This document shows positions 48,937-62,300 of a stretch of DNA of 64,000 nucleotides, in pieces; within the stretch, counting starts at the first letter, position 1, and each line of letters starts with the position of its first letter. The stretch spans positions 161,200,001-161,264,000 of the forward strand of contig NC_042997.1 of NCBI RefSeq assembly GCF_006345805.1, in the 5' to 3' direction. Below the pieces are notes generated by a model. It saw only the letters and a list, made by a program, of their open reading frames with translations. It searched no databases and was not told the DNA's origin. The stretch comes from Octopus sinensis. Its lineage: Eukaryota. The position numbers were made by a program, and so were the translations under genes.

Positions 48937-51694
48937 CAGTAGTTTTATTTTTATAGCGTGCTTTCACTTCACTACTGAGCGCAGCTCTGTGTGCCTTGGG
49001 TATGTGCTGTGATTTGTTGTGATGCTCTGATGGTTATTATATGGAAAGTGTTCTGCGTAGGATGTATGCAGTGCCTAGTAGTGCAATTTTCTGTATGTTA
49101 TATGTGTTTGTAAGTCCTGGTGTTTTTGTTATGTATTTGTCTGAATATTTTTTTATCATGCCTAATGCACCTACTATGATAGAGATTGTTTCTCTTTTTA
49201 GATTCCACATTCTGGTTACCTCTATTTCCAGGTCTTTGTACTTTGAAAGTTTCTCCATTTCTTTTAGAGACACGTTGTCATCTGCCGGTATTGATACATC
49301 AATTAGAAAGCATTTTTTTTCTTCATGATCTCTGACAACTATATCTGGTCTGTTGGCCTTAATTTCTCTATCAGTGTGTATCGGCATATCCCAGAGTATG
49401 GTTGCTTTCTCGTTTTCTGTGACCTTTTCTGGTGTGTGCCTATACCATCTTTTTTCTGTTGTTATTCCATAATGTTGACATAGCTTCCAGTGTATGTAGG
49501 TTCCAACTCTGTCATGTCTGTGAATATATTCCTTCTTAGCCAGGACTGGGCAGCCAGAGTTAATATGATTTATTGTTTCTTGTCCATCTCCACATATTCT
49601 GCAGTTACTTGTTATATTTCTTTTCATTACATATTTTTGGTAATTTCTGGTGGGGAGGCTTTGGTCTTGTGCTGCAATTAAAAATTCCTATGTCTCTGCT
49701 TTGAGTCCTGAGCTTCTCAACCATTGCTGGGATTTTTCTTCGTCTATTTCTTTTGCATTTAGTTTAGTCCAGTATTTACCATGAAGGGGCTTTTCTTGCC
49801 ATCGTTTTATCATGGTTCTTTGCTGTTCTAGTTTTAGTTTGGATTTCATTTGTTTTATAGCTTTTGTTGTTTCTTCATCTACTTCTTCTTCATATTTGTT
49901 AGGTGGTATTATTTCTTGTTTGTATTTGTCAGCTTCCTTAAATACTGAGAACAGTTTTTTGTTTTGCTCGTGTTTTGCCGCTATTTGTATCAGTTTTCCT
50001 TCCTTCTGAAGTAGATATTTTTGCAGTCCTATGGTGGTTATTTTATAGTAGTTTTCCAGCTGTATAAGGCCTCTACCACCTTCTATACGTTGTATATATA
50101 GTCTTTCTATGTCAGGTTTTGCGTGATGCATCCTAGATCCTGTCATTATTTTTCTTGTTTTCCTATCTATTTTGGTCAGTTCATTTAGTGTCCAGTTAAG
50201 GATATTGTAGCTGTAACTTATAACTGGGACAGCTAAAGTGTTAATACCTATTATCTTGTTTTTAGCACTGAGCTCTGTTTTTAGTATTCATCTAACTCGT
50301 CTATAATATTCTTTTTTTATTTTGTCTTTCATTTGTATGTGTTGTGTCTTATCTAGTTCATGGATTCCTAAGTATTTGTAAGTTTAGCTTTGGTCTAATT
50401 CTTTTATTTCATTGGTTTTAACTAGTGTGATTTTGCCACTCTTAACTAGTTTTCCTCTTTTCAGGGTTACTTTGGCGCATTTTCTCTAATCCAAATTTCA
50501 TATCTATTTCTTTGGTAAATCCATGAACTGTCTTTAATAGTGTTTCCAGCTGTTTGTCATTTGCAGCATATAGTTTTAGGTCATCCATATATAAAAGGTG
50601 GCTGATCGTTTTGCCGTAACATTTATATCCGCATCCAGTACTATATAGCATATCAGATAGAGGTGACAGTACCAAGCAGAAAAGGAGTGGAGAGAGCGTG
50701 TCTCCCTGGAATATTCCTCTTCTAATGGGGATGGCTTTGGTTTTCATGAGTCCCTCTTTTGTTTGGAGCTGTAGCACTGTTTACCATTTATTCATAGTGT
50801 CCTATGAATTTTATAATTGTTGGTGCTACTTTGTTAATGGCTAGCGTTTCGAGGATCCATGTGTGGGGAATGCTATAAAACGCCTTTTTGTAGTCGATCC
50901 AGGCCATACTGAGGACTTTCTTCTTTCTGTGGCTGTCTTCAGTTATGGCTTTATTGATCATTAGTTGATCTTTACAGCCATATGAGCCTTTGCGGCATCC
51001 TTTCTGCTCTTCTGGAAACAGGTTGTTTTTGTCCAGGTGCTTGTTCAACCTTTGCGATATCACTGCAGTAAATGCCTTGTACATTGTAGGGAGACAGGTT
51101 ATTGGTCTGAGTTTTCTGGTTTTGCTGTCTCATTTGATTTGGGAATTAAGATGGTTTTCCCCTTCGTGAGCCATTCTGGCATTGCCTCTGGCTCTGCTAG
51201 TATGTTGTTAAAGTTTTCAGCCAGCTTTTTGTGCATTCCTGTTAGATATTTCAACCAGAAGTTGGGGATCTTGTCATGCCCAGGTGCCTTCCAGTTGCTT
51301 AGTTTTTGCAGTGCCTGGGTGACCTCTTCAGTTGTTGTGGGGGTCCAAAGTTGCTCAGATGCTGAGTTTGTTGTTTTAATACTCCTTTTTTTTGTTGTTC
51401 GTTCGCCGACCATATTTCTCTCCAGAATTCTTCCACTTCTTCTGCCGTTGGTGCTGCAGTGATTTCTATTTTATTTTTGCCAAGTTCTTGGTAGAACTTT
51501 TTGGGGTTGGAGTTGAACTTTTTGTTTTGTTCAAAGAAGCGCTGGCGTTTCTCGTACCGGCGGATCCTTTGTGCTTTGGCAAGGATATCTTGCTTTAGCT
51601 TTTCTTTTATCTCAGGTAAGTCTTTTTCTGTGATGTTGTATTTGCGGAGTATTTTTGTTTTTTTTTGTTGCTCAGTAGCGTTGATTGTCTACTG

Positions 51695-51697
<3 letters not shown>
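48937..51697 (-). mobile_element. Dong/R4-like family A, 5'-truncated 2.76 kb copy with RT, CCHC knuckle and RLE (frameshifted)
   Basis: WKAPGHDKIPNFWLK, EQKGCRKGSYGCKDQL, WIDYKKAF, GIFQGDTLSPLLF, HLLYMDDLKL, CRICGDGQETINHINSGC, RHD, RPDIVV..LIDVSIP..EKLSKYKDL. (TTA)n on both flanks. Confidence 0.95.
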
Positions 51698-51761
<64 letters not shown>

Positions 51762-51763
<2 letters not shown>

Positions 51764-51965
51764 GGCAGCGAGCTGGCAGAATCAATAGCACGCCGAGCAA
51801 AACGCTTCGCGGTATTTCACCCGTCATTACGTTCTCAGTTCAAATGCTGTCGGGTTCGACTTTGCTTTTCATCCTTTCTAGGTCGACAAAATAAGCACCG
51901 GAATTGATGAAACCGACTTCGCCTATCACCCGAAATCTTAGGCCTTATATTTATAGTAGAAAGAA
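51762..51965 (+). mobile_element. Short SINE following a (TTA)n tract
   Basis: AGGCAGCGAGCTGGCAGAATC..GTTCAAAT..GTCGAC..GGCCTT; several copies in the window. Confidence 0.8.
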
Positions 51966-54114
51966 TCATTATTGCTGTTATTGTTCTTGTTGTTATTAAT
52001 AATAAGTGTTGTTGTTATTTTTGTAGTTGTTGTTATTATTCTTACTCCGCATCTATATCTAACCTTTCCATTATTCTTTTTTTATCATTCAAACACCAAG
52101 GGCTTTGAGAGTCTATGGTTGTTATTCTTGAGACTGTAACAAATTTCAGAAGGTCGAAAACAAATTATAGCACAGTTCACAGAAGATTATTGGCGAGAGT
52201 TGTGACGAGAATGCTTATCTTCAATCTATTCAAAGCCATAACATCTTTGAAAGTTAACATTGACATATTTCAATCGAATTTTATTCTCGTACCTGCTGTT
52301 TGTATTTAAGGAGAATATATCACTTTGAATCCATGACATATAAAATGCCCAAATTTGAAGTTCAGTATCAAATTCGATATTTTAACTAGTAAAGTATCAC
52401 CGATAAATTTTATTTTGAGTGGCTTGAATTTAGATTAGACACCAGAAAATAATTTAGTGGGACTCAAAATTGTAAAATGATCATTACAATAAAGTCTTTT
52501 ATGTCTGCATTTAATTAATACCATTGTGTTTTACATCATATTACAGTGACGTCACGCACTAAAAATCAGATATAAAAGAAAGCTGTCTCTTTATATTGAT
52601 TTTGAAACAGAGTATCTGGCATTAATAATAAGTGCATTATATTTCTATTTTTATACTATCTAGTAATTTAATGGAGAAAATAAATTACATTTGAACAACA
52701 GCAAGGTTTATTTGAAGGAAAAAGTTACCAAGATATATAGAATTAATTTTTCCTTAAATAGTGGCAAATAGAAACAATCTGCATCATACAAATATTATTT
52801 TGGAGACTTTCAGCTATTATTAATCCTAAAACCATGCAATACACTTCATTTCAAATTCTTCACCATCGTTTTTATTTTACGGATTTCTTTTCGTATTTTA
52901 TATTTAAAATCTTTCTTTACTTGAATATATTTGTGGTTTTAGTCTCATTTCTAAATAAAACTAATAATTTTCATCGAAAATCTTGCCTAATAAATTATGA
53001 AACCATTAATACAATTTCAACATGTTGATCTATGGAATGAAGTTCTGGAGTAACAAAATACATTCTGAATGCAAAGCAGGAATATTTATGATTACTTGAT
53101 ATAAGCAATGCATTACAAATACTTGGCAGAGGCTTTTCCAAATATTGATTATCTCGCTTACCAGTATATCTTCGACAACTTAAAGGAAGCCACACATAAT
53201 AATATCAACAAATGGACTAAATGAAAGTCATGAAATATCTATTCGTTAAGTGTGGGACTATTAGAATAAACAACCAAACAAGGAAGCTCTTAAGATGTTC
53301 ATATGGTTCTAGTGTTATTTAGACAAATATTTATTGTACACAGGACGAATTTGTTATATATTTAACAGACATTTCTGCATAAAATTAGTAAATAAATATT
53401 TGAAGATATCAACATTAAAAATGGCATGCGTAAGAGGGAAAAGTTAAAATAAACGGAATGTGTGGAGCTGTAATCAAACGGTAAAATTCTATTTGACTAT
53501 CAAATTACAAAAGCCATAATGAGAAAAGTCAGCATTTGATGCTTCAAGATACAAATTATCTATAATTTATGATGTGTAAAATTTGTCGTTATCATATTCA
53601 TGCTTTTATTGAAAGTATTAGCGCCATAAATAAATAAAATTCTCAAAAGCAAATGCAACAGTGAGGTTTGACAATTATAATGCTCGAGGAGAGGCACTCG
53701 TCAGTGAAGAGATAAGTAGATGTGATGGATTATTACTGTCAAAGTTATTGTTTAGCTCCAAGTCATCTATGCTCCAGCATAGCTACAATGAAATATGCTT
53801 CCACTGCGACGATTTCGTCGTTTCGTATATACAATGTATCTAAGACGACATTATTCAATACATTATTACTACTTTTGTGATTTTAGGAAGATTTTATGAA
53901 TATTTTTCATTGCAATTCAAGCAACCGTAACACGACATTTTCTCTCGAGTGTTGTGTAGGTGTATTACCAAACCAAAGCATTATCAATATTGGATAACCA
54001 AGGAAAAAGAATAGTGGCGAGTGGAGTACAATGTGTATGTAAGCTGATTGATGAAACTTAAAACCAGTGAGATTTTTAGAAATTTGAACTGAACTACAAT
54101 AATATATATATATA

Positions 54115-54341
54115 CAGAGTGAGTCAAAAGTAGCGCCCATTTCCTGTTTTAGGGTTGATGTGTATGACTTCCTAATTGATGATACTTTTTACTCCTGACT
54201 CTTGTTTTATGGTTTGGGATATCCAAGAGTATTAATATAACATGATCCAGATCCAGTAACTTTCAAAACCGTCCGTATTAACCTGCAAAACAACTAATGC
54301 ATGACGTCTCAGAAACTGGACACTACTTTTGACTTACCCTG
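54115..54341. mobile_element. Tc1/mariner-type MITE (227 bp)
   Basis: TIR CAG(A/G)GT(G/A)AGTCAAAAGTAG(C/T)G at both ends with TA flanks. Confidence 0.8.
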
Positions 54342-55571
54342 TATTTTATTTGACTCGCAAGGATTATGCGCATATAAAAAAAGTTTCATCTACAGAAAAA
54401 ACTTTTGAGTAGGGATAATAACACAAAGACATTTAACTATCTGTGCATATAAAGAGATGTTTTACTATAATTTAATGAAATGGAATTAATTCTCGTTTAA
54501 ATTGTATTAATAGAAAATTATAATCTTGATGAAATAGCGCACGTTAGTTTCTTCATTAGAGCCTTCGTTAGATGCTACTCTCATTTTGCTCAGTGAAATC
54601 GACAAAATGAAAGGGTCAGATGGACTAAGTACAGAAATGGTCAGTCTTCTTCACTTTATCACTTTATTATCTGTAAACGCTTAATTGTATTCTTTATTCT
54701 GTTTTACACTAGTCAACATAAACCTCATATTTTAGTATTTTTTTTATTTCTGTCTTTTGATTATAATTGTATTTTGTCTGCCACTATATCTATGGGTTTA
54801 GTTTTGTCTGTAAACTGCTGAAGTGGCAGTAGGATTTAACGAAGAACACAATCACCTGTGAAGGAGCATTTTACACTTTGGATAATGATTACACAACATC
54901 TCTACTCTGTTATGTGAAAATATGTTGAAACAAGTGTAGAGATTTTTAAATAATGTTGTTCATTCCACATTCTGTTACTCTCTCTCCTTCTCCCTCCCTC
55001 TCTCTCCTCCTTCTCTCTTTCTCTCTCTATCACTCTACACACACTCACACTCATATATATATATATATAAATATATACACTCTTTTATATATGTATATAT
55101 AGAATGTAATTCATACACATTTACACACATGCACATGTGTAAGTATGTGTGTGTGTCTACGCGTGTGTAACTAAAAGAGAGAGGTGATCACATATTCAAC
55201 ATTCTACATTGATTTTTCACTGCCTGCATAAACATTGTCAGCGCGGAATTAATTTGATTTATCTGAATTTATCGAACAGTTTTGTAATAGATTATCTCCA
55301 ACCAGTCTGCTTCCAATACAATGGTTTGGTTACTAATATTCTTAGTTGAATAAGTGGTTATGATATACAGAGCAAATGTTCGACAAAATTACAATAAATA
55401 AACACAAGTTGTATCATTTTTACTCTATGTGCATGTCATAGTTGCGGTTATTTTGAACATGTGCATTCAAAGTTCCAAGAGCAATTCATCTGAATCATCT
55501 ATTGCAGAGGCTCCTAACAACCACAACAATGAAACTTATGTGTAGTATCATATTCAATATGTGTGTATGTA

Positions 55572-55815
55572 GAGGTGCGTGGCTTAGTGGTTAGGGTGTC
55601 AGCATCATGATCGTAAGATTGTGGTTTCGATTCCTGGACCGGGCGACGCGTTGTGTTCTTGAGCTAAACACTTCATTTCGCGCTACTCCAGTCCACTCAG
55701 CTGGCAAAAATGAGTAACGCTGCGATGGACTAGCGTCCCGTCCAGCTGGGGAACACATACGCCATAGAAATCGGAGGAACTGGGCCCATGAGCCTGGCTA
55801 GGCTTTAAAAGGGCG
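55572..55815 (+). mobile_element. tRNA-derived SINE with CORE/V-domain-like central sequence
   Basis: A-box TGGCTTAGTGG, B-box GGTTTCGATTCC, then TGTGTTCTTGAGCTAAACACTT..CCAGTCCACTCAGCTG..CTGCGATGGACTAGCGTCCCGTCCAG. Confidence 0.75.
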
Positions 55816-55990
55816 CGTTTATTTATTTTATATTTATATATATATGGAAAAAAAATTAAAAAGATGCTTGTTTTTTTTTTCTTTATTTGTATTACAATTG
55901 AAAAAGCAATGCAAATTAAAAGATGAAAAATATACCTATAAAAGTATAGAAAATACAACAAAATAACTCAAATATATCCAAAAGAAAGAG

Positions 55991-56241
55991 ATTCTACATA
56001 CATATATAATTTTTGATATAACAATATTTAAGAATCATCAATAATTATAACTTTGAAATGTTTATATATCTAAGCATTGTCTTCAGATAAGTCAAATAAG
56101 TTATTTCGTAAATCAAGACTAAAATACACTTATTTTTCATGAAGAGATCTAACAATATACAGATTATTGCATCTTTTAAAGTTATAATTATTGATGGTTC
56201 TTAAATATTGTTATATCGAAACATATATATGTATGTAGAAT
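55991..56241. repeat. Penelope-type inverted repeat, about 68-bp arms
   Basis: Arms 55991-56057 and 56174-56241; contains scattered CTGAAGA and GAAAC..GTA remnants. Confidence 0.7.
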
Positions 56242-56429
56242 ATCTGCTTTTTTTAATATCTTGGGGCCCTTTTGTTGGTTGGGGCGGTTTCATTTATACT
56301 CTTAAAGGTATATTTTTCATCGTATAATTTGCATTACATTTCAAAATGTAAAACAAATAAAACAAACCAAGCATTGTTTTTAATTTTTCTTCTCCATTTT
56401 CTTTTATTGACTTTTTAATTACATATATA

Positions 56430-56780
56430 TAATAACATGAGACAACAAACCAAGGTAGTGTGGACATTTCAGGACATTTATAAAGAGAAAGTTAGTCTTA
56501 TAGCTGTTTCTGGGATATTAGGGATATCCTGTCATCAGAGACGATGTGAGATGGTTAAATAGAGAGAAATAGTTGAATTCAATATGAGGAGTTATTTAGG
56601 AAAAAGGATGGAAATAAGAAGTATAAAGGGAAATAGCAGAATAAAAATAATAAAAAAATATATAAATATAAAAAATATATGTAGGATGTTATAGTCGCAG
56701 TTCCATTATCCGAGGGAATCCTATTTAACTTTCCATTGTCTACGTTCTTAATTCTTAAGTTTTTAATCGTATTTTTAATT
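56430..56780 (-). mobile_element. Penelope-type repeat fragment with an HHR motif (56496-56541)
   Basis: GTCT-CTGATGA-CA-GGATAT..ATATCC-CA-GAAAC-AGCT-ATA-AGAC; homologous to 3520-3790. Confidence 0.6.
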
Positions 56781-56928
56781 GTTTTGATATTACATATATG
56801 GAATGTATATATGTGTGCATGCATGTGTACGGATGTATATATGTGTATGTGTGTGTATACATGTTTATGTGTGTATATGTGCACGAGTGTATATATGTAT
56901 GCATATATCTATGGGTGTGTGTGCGTGT

Positions 56929-56982
<54 letters not shown>

Positions 56983-57199
56983 TATATATACATATATGCG
57001 TATTGGTTTAAGTACATAAAGCTTGGATTCACCAATCGGGATACCTAAATTCACAAAACACTCGCACCTAGAGTGCTCTCTATCCTCACGAGTTTGTCGA
57101 ATCATCCTTACATGCAGTGAAGATCGGTGTATGGATGGCTATAGCCAGATGAAGAACAATAGGACCGATTTTTTTCCAAGAAACCTTGAATTCGGAACG

Positions 57200-58020
57200 T
57201 TATTGATCAGTTTGTTGAGCAGCTTTTAAGCTCCCCTTTTCTTTTCGGTCTAACACAGAGATTTCCTTTGAGAGTATGTCTAACCCTGCCTGAATTCTTC
57301 TTTTCCACCATGGATCTTTTCTTTTGTCACTCCCATTATGTTTCTTTTTCTTGACATGGACACCCACATTTTCTGCTACAACAATAGTTGCTGCCTTGAT
57401 CAAATTATTTGTTTCTGTGATGTTTGTTCTGATGCATTTCAGAATTTCATTGACATTTTTCATTTCTTGGTTCAATTTCCATCGGTCAACATTTTTAAGG
57501 TTGCAAATAATTGTCGCTATCGTTCTCCTGTAGTCTTACATTTAGTCTGTCGTAGATTGCCTTTTGTTTATCTGTCATGTCGCTATTAGTTTTATCTTCT
57601 TTTAGATCATCTATATGTCTCTCATCAAGTAAGCTACCACTGCTCCTTTCCTGTGCTCTGAGATTACTCTTATTAGTAAGAACTGTATTGTCATTCTTAT
57701 CTATGCTGCTGTTGTCCATGACCCGTGTTTTCATAGCTTCGAGCTCTACTTCTGTGAACCAACAATTTTTCCTTATTGCTCTAGCTTGATCACATAGTCT
57801 CTGTTCCGTGAGTTGAAACAATCCCTTTTCTCTCCAATGATCATACATACGTTATCGGTAACCCCTAATTCAAGCACCATTTTCATCTACCGGGCTGCTC
57901 AGGGTGTAACAGTCACCATCATTGACTTCAGTTTCATTACCACCGTTATTCACATTATTTTGTTTTTTCATTGTCGCTCATGTGAGGTAGCGATTATCAG
58001 GTTGCGCAATTACCAGTGTT
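57200..58020 (-). mobile_element. N-terminal fragment of another Dong/R4-like element (possibly family B)
   Basis: MYDHWREKGLFQLTEQRLCDQARAIRKN and ITETNNLIKAATIVVAE..DPWWKRRI are typical of the Dong N-terminal region. It lies directly downstream of an (AAT)n tract; family assignment is unverified. Confidence 0.8.
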
Positions 58021-58065
58021 TTATTACTATTATTATTATTATTATTATCATTATTATTATTATTA

Positions 58066-58129
<64 letters not shown>

Positions 58130-60917
58130 TAGTAGTTTTATTTTTATAGCGTGCTTTCACTTCACTACCGAGCGCAGATCTGTGTGCCTTGGGTATGTGC
58201 TGTGATTTGTTGTGATGCTCTGATGGTTATTGTATGGAACGTGTTCTGCGTAGGATGTGTGCAGTGCCTAGTAGTGCAATTTTATGTATGTTATATGTGT
58301 TTGTAAGTCCTGGTGTTTTTGTTATGTATGTGTCTGAATATTTTTTTATCATGCCTAATGCACCTACTATGATAGGAATTGTTTCTGTTTTCAGATTCCA
58401 CATTCTAGTTACCTCTATTTCCAGGTCTTTGTATTTTGAGAGTTTCTCCATTTCTTTTAGAGACACGTTGTCATCTGCCGGTATTGATACATCAATTAGA
58501 AAGCATTTTTTTCTTCATGATCTCTGACAACTATATCTGGTCTGTTGGCCTTAATTTCTCTATCTGTGTGTATCGGCATATCCCAGAGTATGGTTGCTTT
58601 CTCGTTTTCTGTGACCTTTTCTGGTGTGTGCCTATACCATCTTTTTTCTGTTCTTATTCCATAATGTTGACATAGATTCCAATGTATGTAGGTTCCAACT
58701 CTGTCATGTCTGTGAATATATTCCTTCTTAGCCAGGACTGGGCAGCTAGAGATAATATGATTTATTGTTTCTTGTCCATCTCCACATATTCTGCAGTTAC
58801 TTGTAATATTTCTTTTCGTTACATGTTTTTGGTAATTTCTGGTGGGGAGGCTTTGGTCTTGTGCTGCAATTAAAAATCCCTCTGTTTCTGCTTTGAGTCC
58901 TGAGCTTCTCAACCATTGCTGGGATTTTTCTTTGTCTATTTCTTTTGCGTTTAGTTTAGTCCAGTATTTACCATGAAGGGGCTTTTCTTGCCATCGTTTT
59001 ATCATGGTTCTTTGCTGTTCTATTTTTAGTTTGGATTTCATTTGTTTTATAGCTTTTGTTGTTTCTTCATCTTCTTCTTCTTCTTCTTCATGTTTATTAG
59101 GTGGTATGATTTCTTGTTTGTATTTGTCAGCTTTCTTAAATACTTAAAGTTTTCAGCCAGCTTTTTGTGCATTCCTGTTAGATATTTCAACCAGAAGTTG
59201 GGGATCTTGTCATGCCCAGGTGCCTTCCAGTTGCTTAGTTTTTGCAGTGCCTGGGTGACCTCTTCAGTTGTTATGGGGGTCCAAAGTTGTTCAGATGCCG
59301 AGTTTTTTATTTTGATACTCCTTTTTTTTGGCTGTTCGTTCGCCGACCATATTTCTCTCCAGAATTCTTCCACTTCTGCCGTTGGTGCTGCAGTGACTTC
59401 TATTTTATTTTTGCCCAGTTCTTGGTAGAACTTTCTGGGGTTGGAGTTGAACTTTTTGTTTTGTTCAAAGAAGCGCTGGCGTTTCTCGTACCGGCGGATC
59501 CTTTGAGCTTTGGCAAGGATATCTTGCTTCAGCTTTTCTTTTATCTCCGGCAAATCTTTTTCTGTGATGTTATATTTGCGGAGTATTTTTGTTCTCTTTT
59601 TGTTGCTCAGTAGCGTTGATTGTTTGCTGATTTCATTAAGAATCGACAGGTCTTTTCTAATTTTTTTTTTGTTTTGGATGTTATTTATCCACAGGGTTTG
59701 TTTGGGTGGTGGTACTCTTGTTCGGGCGGGTTTGGGTGAGTATCCAGCTTCCTTTGTGGCTGCAGTGGCTGCTGCGTATATTAAGTCATTTAGCTCAGTG
59801 ATATCACTTTTTTTGTTTCAGTGGCTATTAGTTCAGTGACGGCTAGGTTTATGCTGTTTATAATTGGTGTTGTTATTTCGTTTATTTGATTCTTGGGAGG
59901 TATGGTCGGTGGTCCTTTTGAGCTCTATGGTTTTCAGCTCTTTGATTATTTTATTTTTTATATTATCATAATCATTAGGCTCCCCTTCGTTGTTACATCG
60001 TGTTTGTTGAGAATGTTGCGTTTGTCTTCGTGTTTTACAGTTTCAGTGTTTATATTATTGGGCATTGTTGTGTGGCTTCTATCTACATTTTCCTGGTGTA
60101 TTTTTTCTTTTAAATGTTCTATTTCTATTTCTGATATTTTTTTGGCTTTGAGAATGTATCTTCGTACGTTAGCTAATTTATTAGGGTTCATTGCTGTATC
60201 CAAGTCTATATCTCTATTATTTTCCTTCCATATTTTATATGTATGTGTTGTTGTATTTTCATTTTTGGGTAGAGCACTGCTGTGAAGTATGCGTGTAAGA
60301 TAGAAATGTATTCCTCACGTGTCCATTTACGTTTTTGGGTTTTATTTGCGGGACATGAGGTACAACGTCCGGCCCATTATTTTGACGGTCGTCATTTTCG
60401 TAGGGTACCGGTCCGTTTATTTCTGTTGTCACATTATTTCGCACGTGTAGTTTTTCGTACATTTTTTGTTGTAAGTTTAATGTACGTACCGCTCGATTGT
60501 TATTCTTGGGTTGAATAGTATCGGTGGCATTTAATTTCTTCGTAGTTCCTTTGTACATGGTGTTGGGGTCGGGGATGATCGTGATGTTCTACGCATGTTT
60601 ACATGTGTTGTGTTAGAGGTGGAGATGATATCGAGTCAAAATACATCATTTCGTTTCGAAAATAGTAATAAATTTCAATTAGTATTACTTACTCGGATAC
60701 AGTCCAATTCTTTGTTAGTAAATCTTTGGCTCCATAGGATGTCCTTGTTTTCGATGTTTGTGGATAGATTTCGGAGCTCTGTATTTTCCTTCTTACATCT
60801 TAAACGTCCCCCGGTGTTCCTTAAACGTCCCCCGGTGTTCTTAAACGTCCCCCGGTGTTCCTTAAACGTCCCCCGGTGTTCTTAAACGTCTCCCGGTGTT
60901 CCTTAAACGTCCCCCGG

Positions 60918-60921
<4 letters not shown>
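58130..60921 (-). mobile_element. Dong/R4-like family A, both ends retained, RT core deleted (about 1.26 kb)
   Basis: 5' UTR, N-terminal ORF pieces, junction AAATACT|TAAAG at about 59143 (equivalent to losing 49947-51208 of the other copy), CCHC/RLE ORF 58496-59041 and 3' UTR. (TTA)n on both flanks. Confidence 0.92.
60799..60921 (-). repeat. Six-unit tandem repeat alternating 21 and 20 bp (CTTAAACGTCCCCCGGTGTT[C])
   Basis: Unit lengths 21,20,21,20,21,20 at the extreme 5' end of the Dong A copy. Confidence 0.95.
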
Positions 60922-61500
<579 letters not shown>

Positions 61501-61509
61501 TTTTGTCTT

Positions 61510-62300
61510 GAGAGTTTGGGGCTGTCCAGGTCAACTTCTTTTAGGTAGTTCTTGCATACACAGTTCTCAATGTAAAGTTTTCTTTCTACCACGATAACCA
61601 AACGTTCTCCTCTTTTGTTTCTCTATCCTGGTCTAAACTTACCAACATATTTTTCTTCCTGTCATCCTTTCACATCTTTGCCTTGAAAAGGTGGGTTTGT
61701 GAGGCAGCACTTTCTCTAGCTTCAAGTTGAATTTTCCCACTTCGTCGTCTTCGTTCACATTTGTGGGAGCATAGGTCTGAATGGTATTTCTTGAGAGACA
61801 AAAGTTTAGCTCTCTGATGTGTGACGAAGGCATGTGACAAAAAACAATTTCCGAAGCCCATTCTTTGCTTACAATAAACCCTATACCATTTGTTCTTCTT
61901 GCACTTTCTTCTTTTGCCACACTCATGACACTTCCATCTGTCTATCTCGCATTTATTTATTTTCTTCGACGTATTTCACAGAGACCTAGAACATCGCATT
62001 TGATTTCCTCTTTCTCTTTCATTGTGGTTCTCTCTGAAAGCCCCACACGTTTAAATACATATGGCAAAGGTTGTTATCCGATTCCTTGGTGGCCTATAGG
62101 TATCTGAGATCCGGATTTCGCTTTGCTTCAATGATTGGTCCGACTGAACTGCAGGATACTGAACTCATTTCCTCGCATCGCTTCAACTTCCACAATGAAG
62201 TCATCCCGCTGGCTAGGCGGGCAGGTCATTTAATACCACTTCAGTTTACCTAGTTTCCAACCTCTAACGAAGAGACCATGTGCTCACTTCCCTGAGGCAG
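61510..62300 (-). mobile_element. Decayed RTE-clade AP-endonuclease region and probable 5' UTR
   Basis: IKCDVLGLCEIRR, RRTNGIGFIVSK, IQTYAPT..DDEVGKF..LE. Confidence 0.8.

Noticed and set aside
55390-55545. Short plus-strand frame with a TM-like segment ending ETYV*
   Set aside because: Under 50 codons, no Met start, and a poor acceptor.
60799-60921. Tandem 20/21-bp repeats (and the 18-bp repeats at 13171) as a CRISPR-like array
   Set aside because: Units are contiguous with no unique spacers, there are no cas genes, and the context is eukaryotic.
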